Shown in pieces: positions 50,966 to 64,000 of a DNA stretch of 64,000 bases (positions within the stretch are counted from its first letter, which is position 1; every line of letters begins with the position of its first letter). Made by a program: the position numbers and the translations under genes. Under the pieces are notes generated by a model, which was given only the letters and a program-made list of their open reading frames with translations, had not been told where the DNA came from and made no database searches. The DNA comes from Lama glama (taxonomy: Eukaryota): NCBI GenBank assembly GCA_028534125.1, contig CM052817.1:85314001-85378000 (forward strand). The letters are read 5' to 3'.

Positions 50966-53900
50966 AAATGAACCTGAAAACTAGTTTTGATTGTGGCTTA
51001 ATTTAATCAAATAGTTTCTTGAAAAGTGTCAGCATCCTTGTTTATTCAGCTTTTTATCTCGAGGCAATTTAAAATTTATAGATGTTGATGATGATGATAT
51101 TGTTTTGAAATGTCCATGCATCAGAAAAAAATGTGAACAAATGTAAATATAAAATCCTCTTATAATAATACCAAGATTTTTATTTTATTAAAGAGAATAG
51201 ATTAGTAGAAAATACCCTAAGATCTTTATTTAATTTTAGTCACCATCAACCACCCCAGAGAGATAAAGCACCTATCCATTAAAATACAAGATAAGGTCAG
51301 AAATTATTAGTACCTCCCATTTTGGCTGATGATAGGGGTCTTGATCAAAGTATAGAGAAGACCTAAGATTTTCCACATGGATGAGCTGGGCATGTTAATC
51401 CAGAATAATCTTGTACTTTGATGTTTTATGGGGGATTTGTTGAAAACTTCCTGCCTACAACTAGAATCCTACAATAGAACTATATAGGGACTAGGTAAGG
51501 CAGTTAGAAACTTTCCATTTGAGACAGAAGAAACTACCTTTGAGAAAATCAGAGTTGGACCAAGACCCTGATGTTAATGTAGCTTAAAAATACAGGTTGA
51601 AGAAAATATCAGCAGTAGAGATAAAAATAGTTGACTGAGATTTAAAAGAAGCCGAGACAATAATTAATTCAGTTAAAGGGTTAAGATCTACCATATAAAT
51701 ATGAGATATGAATGTTACCTCTGCTATAAAAGGAAGAGAGGATGAGTAAAGATTTAAAATCTTTTGAGATGATAAAGACAAATCTGGTCTAGCAAAAGGA
51801 CAGTTGAAAATAAAACCTTAGTCTGAATTTCTTGCTTGGACTACAGGTATAAATGCAGTAATGAAATAAACATGTAGACATTTTATAAGAAAAAAAGCAT
51901 GAGGTTACTTTCCATGGTAAAATCATGTTGTTCCTTAAAAGAAGTGGAAGAAGGAGGAGGAAGAGGGAAACAAATAGGGAAAAAAAGTAGGATAAAAAAA
52001 TAATAAAATAAAGAAATAGTACTTGGAGATCACAAACACATTTATAGCTTTTAGCATTTACAGTAGTTAGGGTGGTCCCGAAGTATCTGCTGAAAGACAA
52101 AGAAGAAAAGAAAATGAAAGAGAATATTACCAAAGTTATTAGGAAATAATAACTTCTAAATTTCTTATTTTGAAGTGAAGTAAATAAAGTGCACTAAGGA
52201 AAGTTTGCCTAGCATAAGAAGTATTTTTGTCTTAAAAAAAAATTCTGATGGTGATCTGACTGCCTTTTACCTGGCCAAAGTCTAGAATAAAGTTTATCAC
52301 TTGTCAGAATTAAAGGAGAATTTTAGTGCATGTAATATTCTTAAAGTTTGTTAAATTCGGAGGGCTTTGAGGGCATATGAAGCTGTAGAGTCTTTGTAAG
52401 ATCTTATAGGAAATAATAGCTTAATTAACTCTGTAGGATGGTAATATTTGGCCAGTTATCAAGGTTCTTTGGAGCCTAATATTAGGGAGACTAAGGACAT
52501 GAGTTCAGTCCCTCAAGGAACTTGTAACGATGTTCGTGGGCAAAGGCTTTTCTAATCACACTTCAAGGCATCTCTCTGATTCATGCCACCCATCTCAGAA
52601 TGAAACAGGGAATATGAATGAATCACTGCTATGGAAAGTTAAAGATAATGGAGCCAGTAACACGGTGATGGCCTTATAAAGGCAATGGCTACCCAGGAGG
52701 AAGTGCCCAGTAATTATCCTAATGCTAATGTTTCTTTCTTTTTTAGTTTTGCTTCGGTTCTATTTTCGTTTTGTTTCTGTGTGCAAGGGTCTTTTTTTAC
52801 TACTGTTTTTTGGCCATTGCTCAGCCACGTTTGTCATGATCAATCTATTCGGTATGCCTACATATTTTAGAAGCAAATAGAATCTTCAGTGACAAAGACA
52901 GTAATTCACATTAACTTATATCTTGCCACTGTGAAAATCTCCAATACAAATTTAATGGAAAAACACTATTACCTGAAATCTCTAGGGAGGCAAGCCACAG
53001 TGGGTATCACAAAATAATTTTGATTTTTATTAGCATACATTACTAAAATCACAGACTCATTTCTTTACTTCATTATATGATTAAAACCACTTTTTTGCCA
53101 TTTTATTTTAGTTGAAATAATTGTACTTTGAAAAACATACAAATTAATTATTATAAGTAATAAAAACCCTCATTGATTATTTTCAGATAGAAAATCCCCC
53201 TGATACTAATTTACATTTCAAATTACAGTGACTTCTATAGCATCAATAATAATTTAAAGCCAAGTGTGGAATGAGTGTCACTTCACCTGTAATGCATCAT
53301 GTGTGATTATGTAAGCAATAATATATAAGATTACAGATAGAAGAGTCATTTAAGTTATGTGTTAAGATAAAAAAGTTACACACTGTCCAATCTATGGAAA
53401 AATAATGATATAAAAATTGCATATTATCATTAGACAATGTATATTGCCATGTAGAATATCCGTGATTAGCGATCCAGCTAATGAATTTGAAAATATCTTG
53501 CACAATGTTCCTAAGCTATCTTTTTAAATTAAAATATTTCAAAACACTGAGATAAATAAGAGATTTTGTTTGTTTGTTTAGGAATTAGATGTCTTAGATG
53601 ATCAAAGATTCACTCAAAGCCATTCCCTACATAGCCCCATCAAACAGCTTCTTAATGTGTTTTTTGTATTTATCAGGAAGATTCAAGTCTTGTCATGGTC
53701 TGTGGAGCTGACTGACTTCAAATCTTGAAGCCTCATGGGTTTCCCTCTGGAAAGGAAAAAGAATGAATTCAGTACCATACCTCCCTTGAAATCCAGCCCT
53801 TTTGTCTAATAGCTTTAAAATTAGCAGTGAGCCCAGGGGAGTCATTTAGTGCTGCTCTGAATGTTAAAGCATGAAAAGTCTTTTGATTTGAATCTTGGGA

Positions 53901-54329
53901 GGCTTACCATTTTTGTTTTATCTTAATAAGAATCCAAGACTTTAACTTTGTTTTTAATATGATAAATGTGCAAGGCATAATGCCATTTCTTGTCAACCAC
54001 TTCTTACAGATGGTGTAACATAAGAAACAAACTTTCTGCTCTTGAAAAACGAAGTCCTGAATGCACAGCTTATTTCTTCATACATCTTTTCTTTTCTTTA
54101 AAGAGGACATATTGGTGCATCTGAAGTTGACTGACTTAAGTAATCTGACACTCAGCCTATAATCTGTATCTAACACTCTACCCTGATTAGCCACATCTTG
54201 GATACTCTGACTTTTATCCTGTTGATCCTGACATTTCTATATATGAAGTGAACCTGAACATTATTTTAATTAAAACTGAAGGGCAACCACATTATTTAGT
54301 GACTCTTAGATTCACAGCTTTGAGTTTGA

Positions 54330-54470
54330 TGTATTACATATATTACCTTGCTTAAAATTCATAACACAGTGACATAGGTATAATTTTCCTGGTTTCATTA
54401 ATGAGAAGACTAAAACTAAGAAAATTTAGGTAATTGTCCAAGGCCTTACAACAAGTTTGAGCCTGATCCT
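54330..54470 (-). mobile_element. MIR SINE relic
   Basis: 'aattcataacacagtgacataggt...aatgagaagactaaaactaagaaaatttaggtaattgtccaagg'. Confidence 0.6.
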
Positions 54471-55254
54471 ATATCTATAAAATGCAACCAGCTATATCTT
54501 TATCTCTTAACTGTTACAAGGATAAAATAAGATGCTATATATCAATTATCTGGCATCCAATAGACATTCAAAGTGAATACTAGTTATTTTATGTTACTGT
54601 TATTATAGTGACCATAGTAGGTAGGAGTACATGATTTGAATCAGAATCTCCCTGGCATTGAAACCCCTTTTATCTTCAAGTAGTATATTTCAAGAAAACC
54701 TGAGTTTGGTAACTTATGATTTGATAGAGCTGTAGTCTACAGTTTTGACTTACTAAAAAAACTTCAAAAAGTTTTATAATTAAGTTCATGTATAGTTAAA
54801 CAGGCTTTTCTTAAATTTAAAGAAACTAAAGATTGACTTCCAAAATATTTAGTGTGAGCTAATGAATTCTTAGTGAACTACAAACTTTGCAAGTCAAGAT
54901 GTGCTCTCATTCTTTTTATTTAATATCAACCATAATTAAAGTGTTCAAATCATGAATATTAAAAACATCTTTAAAAAGAAATGACTTTTCTAAAATAGAA
55001 TACCACTTGAATTATACTGATGACCCAAAATAATCTACCTTTTTTAAGTGGAGGAAGTTGTTTGATTTCCACTGACAAATAAAAATTACCACATGCTGAT
55101 CTGAATAGGTAATGAACACAGGCATTCACTTAAGAAGGATCAACTGTCCTCTTTGTATTTTAAGTTTCTTTGGGTATGTGTTTTATTAGTTGAAATCCAC
55201 TTCTTGTTATCTGCCTCTTCTTCCACACACCTGCATCTGTTACTGGGCTTTACA

Positions 55255-55257
<3 letters not shown>

Positions 55258-55292
<35 letters not shown>
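55258..55292. repeat. (CA)n microsatellite
   Basis: Read directly. Confidence 0.97.
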
Positions 55293-55296
<4 letters not shown>

Positions 55297-55429
55297 CATG
55301 TATGCACAGTGATGATAAACTGAAGAGAATGTTTTAATTTCTCTCTTCTATGTCAATGTTAAAAAAAGTGATATGCAAAATTCCTTTCCACATCTGAATT
55401 ATTATTTGAAATAATCCCCTAATATTTTT

Positions 55430-55886
55430 TATATTAGTCCAGTCAGGGTTATCCAGAGAAATGGAACCACTATTATATATAATAAGAGATTAGCTCACAC
55501 AAGTATGGGGGCTGAGAAGTCCCAAGACCTGCAGTCAGTGAACTGGAGACCTAAGAGTCGATGTGTATTTCCAGTCTATCCAAAGGCCTGAGAACCAGGA
55601 GTGCCAGCGACATAGTTCTAGTCCAAGCCAGAAAAGACCAGTGTCCAGCTCACACCCTCAAGCAGGAGGAATTCCCTCCTGCTCAGTCTTCTTGTTCTAT
55701 TCAGGTGTTCAGTTGTTTGGATGAGGCTCATCTATTTAGGTTGTGAAATCTGCTTTATTTAGCCTATGAATTCAGATATTAATCTTATCCAGCAACAGCC
55801 TCAAAGACACACCCAGAATAATGTTTGGTTAAATGTCTGAACACTCTGAGGCCCAGTCAAGTTGACACATAAAATTAACTATCACA
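55430..55886 (-). mobile_element. MLT2-type ERVL solo LTR
   Basis: 'tattagtc...cagggttatccagagaaatggaacca...gctgagaagtcccaagacctgcagtcag' through the diagnostic end 'ggcccagtcaagttgacacataaaattaactatcaca'. Confidence 0.92.
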
Positions 55887-55889
55887 ATT

Positions 55890-56510
55890 TAAAAAATTGT
55901 TTTTGATTAAGCTTTCTATTTTGAGATGACTGTAAATTCACTTGCAGTAAAGAAGTAATACAGAAAAATCCCAGAGATTTTATGCAGAGAAACTGGTCTT
56001 TACCCAGTTTCCCCCAGTGGTTACATATTGCAAAGCTACAGTGTAATATCACAGCCATAATATTGACACTGAAGGTAAATAATATTTCTATTGGAACAGG
56101 GATCCCTCATGTTGTAATTTTAAACCACACCTACTTCCTTCTCTCCACCATACCTCCTAAAACTTCTGGCAGTGACTAACCTGATTCCTGTTTTTAAAAT
56201 TTTGTCATTTTAAGAATGCCATATAAATTTAATCACATAGTATGTAATGGTTAGCTTTAGCTTTTTCACTTGGCATAATTCTCTGGAAATTCAACCAGGT
56301 TGCTGACTGTATCGATAGTTGTTTCTTCTTCTTCTTCTTCTTCTTCTTCTTCTCCTCCTCCTCCTAGTATTACTATTACTCCTTGGTATGGATCTACAAC
56401 AGTTATTCATCCACTGAAAGACATGAATTATTTCAAGTTTTGTCTATTGCAAATAAAGTTGATACAAATACTGTATGCAGTGTTTTTTTAAACAAAGTTT
56501 TTCTATTTTT
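55890..56510 (-). mobile_element. LINE-1 3' end (L1MD/L1MC-like)
   Basis: 'tttgagatgactgtaaattcacttgcagt...tttacccagtttcccccagtggttacatattgcaaagctacagtgtaatatcacagcc'. Confidence 0.85.
56322..56364. repeat. (CTT)n(CCT)n trinucleotide repeat
   Basis: Read directly. It explains the poly-Ser/Pro ORF at 56300-56491. Confidence 0.95.
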
Positions 56511-59500
56511 ATTTCTAAACTGCCATACTTATTCATTCTCATGTCTATATTAAGCTAATATCAATACCTTATCACTAGTATTTGTACTAAATATCTTCCC
56601 CCTGACCTATATAGGACAAATGAGACCTCCAATTTATTTTATATGTGACTTCTTTAATATACCTTTGCTTTGTATATGAAGCTAATGTAAAACCAGTTCA
56701 TTTTGGAATATGAGTAAACCAAATGTTATATATAAATTTGAATTTCTCAGTTATTATTTACATATTTAACAACTAAAATACAGAAACAATTAGCCAGCCA
56801 CAAATTATGCTGGTATGTATAGCATCCAGTTTAAACATCCCATCATTTAAAGAAATAATGTCTAAAGACCTCCAATTATATTAAGAATGTGTTTCAAAAG
56901 GATTAATACTTAATGTATGCTTTGGAATCCTTCTTTTATTATTCCTTACATGGTTTTGTATAAATATAAATGATGCCCTGAATGTGCGTGGGGAATGGCA
57001 CCAGTGGAAGGGCATTGAAAAAGCCTGGTGCCATGGCCTTTGTTATGTCTCTTAGTGATGCTTCCCTTAGGTTGACTGATGGGGATGGGGTGTAAGGCTA
57101 CATCCATATCTTACTGTTGGGCTTATCTCAGAAAGGGAGCTGAGAAGAGACAGATTTCTGCCTGAAAATTTGTCTGACCTGCTGCATAATTCCAAGAAAA
57201 AAAAAAGGTGCTTGGTGTCATGATGGATCACGAATGATCATGGAATTCCAAGATGAAAGAGGTAGGGAAAGGCCATTACTTGTTGGGCTCTTTAAAAAAA
57301 GGGAAAAAAAAGTTCCAAAGATCCTTCATAAAATATTAATATAGTATTACTAAAATTAAACGGAAGCTTTTGTAGTTCTTATCTCTCTTGTAACCTGAAA
57401 CTACTAACTTTTCTCCTCCTAGACCTCTGAGTTCTGCTGTTTTACCCTTTGATACACTCCAGCTGCAGTTTCATTGCCTGTGGCTCCTTGCAGGGTGACT
57501 GGAAGCTTTAAAGCCCCCTATGACCTTGTGATATTTTTATCAAAAAATCACTTCTGTGCTCTGAATTAGCAATCCATTGGCTTTCTCTAAAATTTCTTGA
57601 ATGGCTGCTGGTAATCCTCTCAGTTATAAACTGTTTCAGACTTAGGTTGTTAATGGTAGACCTTTGACTATTTTTTAAATCTCCTTGATTAAAAAAAAAT
57701 TAGTTTTCTATATTGCAACCAACTTGGAACAAAGACTACCTAGTTGTAAGTTTAGTATGTATTACATAAAGCTTGAGAGTCCCAGGTCCATAATACTGTT
57801 GAAACTGAAAGCACTCTATTTCCTTATGAGGAGGTTTAAGTCACTGATTGATGGAAGTTGATAGTTAAAGCTACATCAGTTCTGTTTCCCAGTTTATTGG
57901 ATTGTAACCCACCTAACTTTTTATTCTAGGCTATTTGTGACCACTAAAAAAATCATTTAGAAACAAAAAAGACAAGAACCGCTCTACTATTTGCAATGCT
58001 GGGCTAAATCAGGAATGAAGATATGTGCTCTTTGTTTTGTCTTGTTTGCATTTTTGCTTTGATTATCTTCAAAATAGTTTGAAGTTTTATGTCACTCTGT
58101 TCTGCTACGACATGACACTTCATGGGAACTTATTTAGAGAAATAAACACCAGATCTGTACCCTATGAGTATAAATTATAAACAATTAGTCATAGGCTTAG
58201 AAATTAAAACTACAGACCTCCATATTTTGTTGCCAGGAGTTTTCATCCCCTCAGGCTATCTTTTTTCCTTTGTGAAAGTACTGCCAATAAATTAGTGATT
58301 TTTAATATACTAGACCTTCAAGAAGGATAAGAAGAAAGATAAGAGAAATAAAGTCTCATTTGAGATGTAAATAATCTAAATGAAGATAATCAAGAAAGAT
58401 AGTGTGAATGGTTTTCTGATGATCTAGAATCCAGAAAAATATCATTATCATATTCTGCCATTCCTTTGAATGTGAACCTGAAACATGTCTGAAAAATCTC
58501 TTTTAATCTAGATCTTTAATGGAATGTAATGTTCAGGTTGATTTTTTACTGTGAAATATTTCCCAGAAACATACATCATGAAGTGAGATTTGGTGGTCAC
58601 ATATTAAGTAAGAGAGGAATGCTTCTGTTCTCAAAGCTCCATAATGAATATGGCAGATGAAAACTGAGAAATTTGACAAGAATCAAGACTAAGAAATATC
58701 ACCATTTTCCATGCATAAATAAATTATAACCTCACCTATAGTGATTATTCATACTTCTCTATATAAGCAAAGATAGGCAAAAATTTAAAACACTTTTCTA
58801 CTCCTTGCCCACTCCAATACATATTTACAGGTTTTATCAGTAGCTGTAGAATCTTGCCATTCAAGTTAAAATGTACTTAGATATCTTACATAAAAATGGA
58901 GAAAAATTTGAGGATTACTATTTAATACCCTCAACTTATTTTTTCAAGCAGAAAATCTATGGCTAGAAAGAGGATGCAGGGTTCAATCGAGAAACAAACT
59001 CAATCCAAATGAGGCAAATATACTGTCAAAAAAATAACTAGGGAGTAAAGGGATGAGGACTATTTTAAATTGTCTTGGGAAGAAAATTTCTACTATTATT
59101 GGTTAAATCACCTCAAAAGAAAGATACAGATTTCTTTAAATGAGATTATTTTCTCAACATTGTTTATGCATCATTATTCTCCACAATTAATGAGAAGATT
59201 ATTAGTGATAACTCATGTATACTGAACTCAGGATAACAACATAAAATTTTAAAATATGTCTTTTAGTCTTACAGTGGTGCTTTCCAGCCAATACCAGGAT
59301 TTGAAACAAGCATGAGACACACTTTGCAGCATGCGGTAGGATTATCTCCAGTGTTAGTGAAGGATTATAGAGACAGATTAAGGATGGTTTCAGTAAAAAA
59401 TCACTATGGCAGTTTGGTTCAGGAAGAGTGGAAGTTGCTTTACAATCCAATATTACCTCAGGCTTCTGACACTGAATATTTGGGAACACTTGGATATCTT

Positions 59501-62500
59501 TTTCTTTTTGCAGTGAATCATTTTTATACATGGGTTTCTTGAGTAGTTCTGCTGAATTTACACCTCAAATCTGAATTTTAGACAAAGAGGCACCACAAAG
59601 GGAAGCTTATATAAAAATGGAGAGTGCTTTTAGTTACACTCTAATTGTCACAATGGAAAGATTTGGTTTTAATTTCAGACTTTAAGAGCGTATAAAAATA
59701 TTGTAATTTCTCCCTTACCTCTGATAAATATTACCTTGCACTCAGTTTCTCATTCTAACTTTCTCCACAATAAATGTCACCTACTTCCTTATCAAAAAAA
59801 GATTATTGTATGAATTACAACTTAGTGCTAATAAAAAATTACTCCATGAAATGTAGGGTATTCTTTAGAGAAGTGAACCAAGTAGTTGTTCATGAACCAT
59901 TTAAGCTTATAAATGCAATTTAAATTGCTAATGTAAACTATCAGAAGGAAACACCTGTAAGTTTTCAATCAGGCATCCACTGATTTTTAACCAAATCAAT
60001 AAATTATAGTAGAACAATGTATTTGCATCACCCAATCAAACAAATAAAGGCTATCTTATTATCATAAAAGCAATAAAAAAGGCTTGCACAGCATTCTTCC
60101 CTTAATTTGTCTTTCACTCTGCACCATAAAGATAACAAAGTGCTGCATTTCCGAAGAACATATTGTTTTACTCTGTATGTTTTTCATCACTGAAGTCTAG
60201 AGAGTATTGTTTTTTAATTTGCTGATGGAATCCATCAATTAGAATTAGTATAAATGTTGTAGGAGGATAATGACAATGGGTGTGAAAGAGAGAGGGATGT
60301 GTAGTATGAATTAATGGTACTTCTCATTGGATTCATGGCAGGGTTTCTCTGATGAGTAAATAACTTACGGATATGTCAAAGCTGAGGAAGGAGAATGTAG
60401 TTAAAGTCATTTGATTAGAGACATTCATGTAAGAAAGACGGAATCAACCTCTGTGATTGTTATTAAATCCTTATATATGAATATCATTTTTTAAAATTGC
60501 TGACGTCCTTGGTTCCTTGGCCTCAGTGTCAACTAAGCAAAGTTTTTATTCCTGTCTGCCACTAACAAGCTACATGGCTTAAGAACATTCACTATGGTAA
60601 AATTTAGGAGTCTTTAAGTTTTCCCCTATGAGAAGAAATTTTTAAACTTTCTTCCATCTTTAAGGCTCTATAAACCTAGTTACTCTAATAGATGGTGATC
60701 CAGGTGACCAAAGTTCACTGCATGCAAGTCTTGATTACAAGTGTGGAGTGCCTTGTTGGGTGTCATGAAGATGTGATATTCATTAAAAGCTAAAATTGAT
60801 CTGATTCCAGTGTGGCTGTCTAAACTGGAGAGCCTAAACAGCTGTCTGTGGTGGAGTTTGGAGTGTAGATTTAACACTACCAAATTTCAGTATTTTTCCC
60901 ACTGACCTCTGCTCTGAACCAGAAAAATTATCAATAATAATGAACATAATAAAATAATCCCTTGGTGAAACACATAATTAATAAATAAGCATGGGCCAGC
61001 CTAGGCTATCTTGAATACTTTTGTCTCTGAGACAAGTTATAAAAAAGTATCATTGGTGGGCAGAGTAATGAAACTTGGCTTTTGGAAAAGTAAGGAAAGA
61101 TGGGAATAAGCAACCTAAAATGCTTGGTCATTCTATGGAGAGAGTCCAGCCTAAGATAAAATAGGTTTTTGCCTAGAGCCTCTCAGTGTGGCCAACAGAA
61201 CAGAAATGAACATGAACAAAATTTTGTACAAATTTGAAAAAATGTATAGGGATACAAACATTGCTATTTATTGATTATGCCTTAGCACAACAAACTTTCT
61301 CTGGGCCACAAATAGCCTGCAGAAAATTGCTTATAAATATAAGTGAAATGAATACATGGTGGAATTTAGCAAAAAATTAGGTCATCATTCTGCACCTTTA
61401 CGTACATGTCAGTAATGTTTAAAATCTACTGTGAGTTGTGCCATTATTTCTGGAAAGAATAGTGAAGTTTCATATATTTTAAATTAATCAAAAGAAAGAA
61501 AAAGTATTTCTCTTTCAACCAAGTATGGCCGTATAATTAAGTCAGTCAGATTGAATTAAAACAGCTAAATTAACCTGAAGCCCTTTCTGCCATCCACTGT
61601 GAGTCTGTAATTTTTAATTAATGTTTAAAATGCAGTTTGCTTGTAGTTGATATTTAATTTATAGCTATAAACAAAATATGTAAGCTTATGGTAATTTGAA
61701 TATTTTCCCCCTGAAAGATTCTTTTGGCCTTAAAGTGATAGAAAATGAATACAAATACAATTTAGCTCTTTTGTAATTAATGTTTCACTTTCTTGTTGTT
61801 TTACTTTTAAGTAAATTAAAACTTAAAATACCATAAACCCAAGTAACTAGGGTATTAATAGTCTTTAAAATATAGCTCAGAATCTATGGAATCTGAGCTA
61901 AGTGGTTGCCAATTTCCCAAGCATCCCATTTGAAATTCTAGGATAATTCCATATCATATTACATAGTCAAATATGAGTAAAATGATGGGCCCTTGGGGAA
62001 TGTAAATTCATCAGAGTACACACAGAGTATAATCTGGACCTTATTTCTTTGACAGAAGTCTTTATTTATATGCTTGTTATAAAAACATTCTAAGCAAAAT
62101 ATAAAATTTACTATTAAAATCTACATTTAGTTCAGATATCTAAAGCATGACTTATCTCACTATGTCATAATATTATATAAATATGTGAAATTTCTTATGG
62201 ATATAAGAATAAAAATGATTTTTGAAGAAAATAAATATAATTTGTCTGAACTAAAAAATAATTACAGAAATATCAAATGCTACAAATCAAGCTGAAAAAT
62301 GAGCTAGTGACTATGTTACTTATTTGTTGTGCTGTTGTAATCTGTGAAATGTAAAATTAAAATGTATGGAAATTTTGCAAGTTTGACCTAATATGTGACA
62401 ACCACAGTTTAAAAGCAACCTGTCTCCCTGATGTAAAGGTTCACATAGAAGTTTTCCAGGTGTTTAAAAGATACATTTTCCGACTGTGCCTACCGTAGAT

Positions 62501-62636
62501 TTCAAGGAATGTGAATGTATAGAGACCCAAAGATACTCCCAGTGCCAAATAGGCACAGCTATCTACATTTTAAAAAACTTCAATCTTGATAAAATTTTTT
62601 ATGACTATTTCTATGTCAGGAACAGATACAGTGAAC

Positions 62637-62652
62637 AACAAAAACAAAACCA

Positions 62653-62683
<31 letters not shown>

Positions 62684-62690
62684 CAAAAAC
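62637..62690. repeat. (AAAAC)n pentanucleotide repeat
   Basis: Read directly. Confidence 0.92.
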
Positions 62691-63229
62691 TAAAAACAGA
62701 AAAGGAACAGATAGAGTGAGCATGCATCTTTTTCACTTATTTTAGTATTTCAACCAATTCTGTAGGTAAATCTATTTAAAAATTAAGTGCCTTCCAGGAA
62801 TATGTGTGATAATTTGCTAATGAAATTTTCAATAAAGTCAGAAAAATGATAACATAAGCTAAAGTCATTGACTTTGAGATTAAGAAAATGTTTCTACATC
62901 CAAAATTGTGTTTTGATCATTTACCAACTTTAAAATTAGAACTGTTTAATGAATTACCCATGACAACAGTATTTTATAACCTTTTATCTAGGATTTCATA
63001 TTTTCATGTAATAATACTCTAAAAATAAATATAAAGTGTGTATTTTCAATTATGAAAGATACAGGGATATAAAAACATCAATAATACACAACCAACATAA
63101 TAAAAATGGCAAACTTTAAGAAGTGAACATATTCATGATAGTTTTCACCTTTTTATTTTCAGTATTTTACAGTGTTATGTATTACTTCAGTAAAAATAAA
63201 AACTGGAAATTACTTTGAAAAAAACCTGA

Positions 63230-63426
63230 TTATGCATCTATGTATATACAACATACTCATAGTTATTACAGAAAATGCACAGAGCCAAAAGTTGAGAAGG
63301 AAGTACACTATAAAAAAAAGTAAGTGTGACTGTTTCTGAGCATTGGATTCTTAGGTGATGTGCTTCCTTCTACTTGTTTGAACTTTCCAGCTTTTTTTTT
63401 TATTGAGCTTATTGATGACAAAAAAA
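63230..63426 (+). mobile_element. L1ME-like 3' end relic
   Basis: 'gaaggaagtacacta...gtgactgtttctgagcattggattcttaggtgatg...ttttccagc'. Confidence 0.55.
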
Positions 63427-64000
63427 TTATTCTGAGAATTCTGGATTGTCTCTAACATGATTACATTTAAGGAATTAATATTTAAATAACAATGACTGTG
63501 AGATCTGTTTACCATTTGTTCTTTAATCTCTCTTAAGAAGATATATACAATTCAAGGAAATGCCTTTACTCAGGATCCAAAAGAAAACAAAAAAATTTAT
63601 AAAGGCAAAAATTTATTTTTTATTTTTATTTTTAAATTTATTTCATTTATTTATTATTAAATTTATAATTTATTTTTATTTTTAAAATACAGGTGCAAGT
63701 TTTTGGTAACTTGAATGGACCGTGAGGCATATGCACTTAAAAATTTTAGATTTTGAACTCCTTAACTGTTGATGTCACAGTTGAATAAAAATGCAGTTAA
63801 AAAAAAATTGTTAGTTGCTCCCAAATGGAATTAATTGAACAGTCTCCTCAAATAAATTTAAAAAATATTTTATTAAAATTATGATTAAAACATTTAAAAT
63901 TTAAATTAAAGCCCACAATAAAAGCTTTATAGTGGAAAACTTATACAAAGTTTAATGGTGTACTTTGTACATGTAAATCAGTAAATATAATTCAGTCTTT

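Noticed and set aside
51584..52133. Hydrophobic minus-strand ORFs resembling membrane proteins
   Set aside because: The F/L/S richness comes from the purine-rich plus strand and is a compositional artefact.
62450..62520. Acceptor-like ttttccag followed by short open frames
   Set aside because: All three frames stop within about 18 codons, and there is no convincing donor or homology.
63680..63730. T-rich tract plus tacag|G acceptor-like site
   Set aside because: The upstream tract is (TTTA)n low complexity, and all frames close within about 11 codons.
1..64000. Novel multi-gene system, CRISPR-like array or prokaryotic operon
   Set aside because: There are no long ORFs and no regularly spaced direct repeats. 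The window is explained by mammalian interspersed repeats and unique non-coding DNA.

Overview
This is AT-rich, CpG-poor, repeat-dense mammalian non-coding DNA (intergenic or deep intronic). A tRNA-derived SINE and a young L1 3' end resemble camelid elements, so the source may be camel or alpaca (inference from memory). I found no credible host protein-coding gene, RNA gene or CRISPR array. The supplied ORFs are chance ORFs or transposon remnants. The main content is: (i) a 5'-end-only L1 at 3917-5175; (ii) four ERV1-like solo LTRs, one with clean TGTTA...TAACA ends and a 4-bp TSD; (iii) an old L1MD-like element at ~14.1-18.65 kb with an ORF1-to-RT internal deletion, hosting an MLT1A LTR and a young L1 with a perfect 15-bp TSD; (iv) a fossil ERV-L provirus at ~33.8-37.8 kb with recognisable RT, RNase H, integrase and dUTPase remnants, an LTR33-like LTR and an inserted MER53 MITE; (v) many MIR, L2, MaLR and hAT relics and microsatellites. 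I did not find a previously undescribed biological system. The best leads are atypical retrotransposon insertion structures and a few weak exon or enhancer candidates in unique sequence. Repeat family names come from recalled consensus sequences, not a database search. Boundaries without a stated TSD are approximate.
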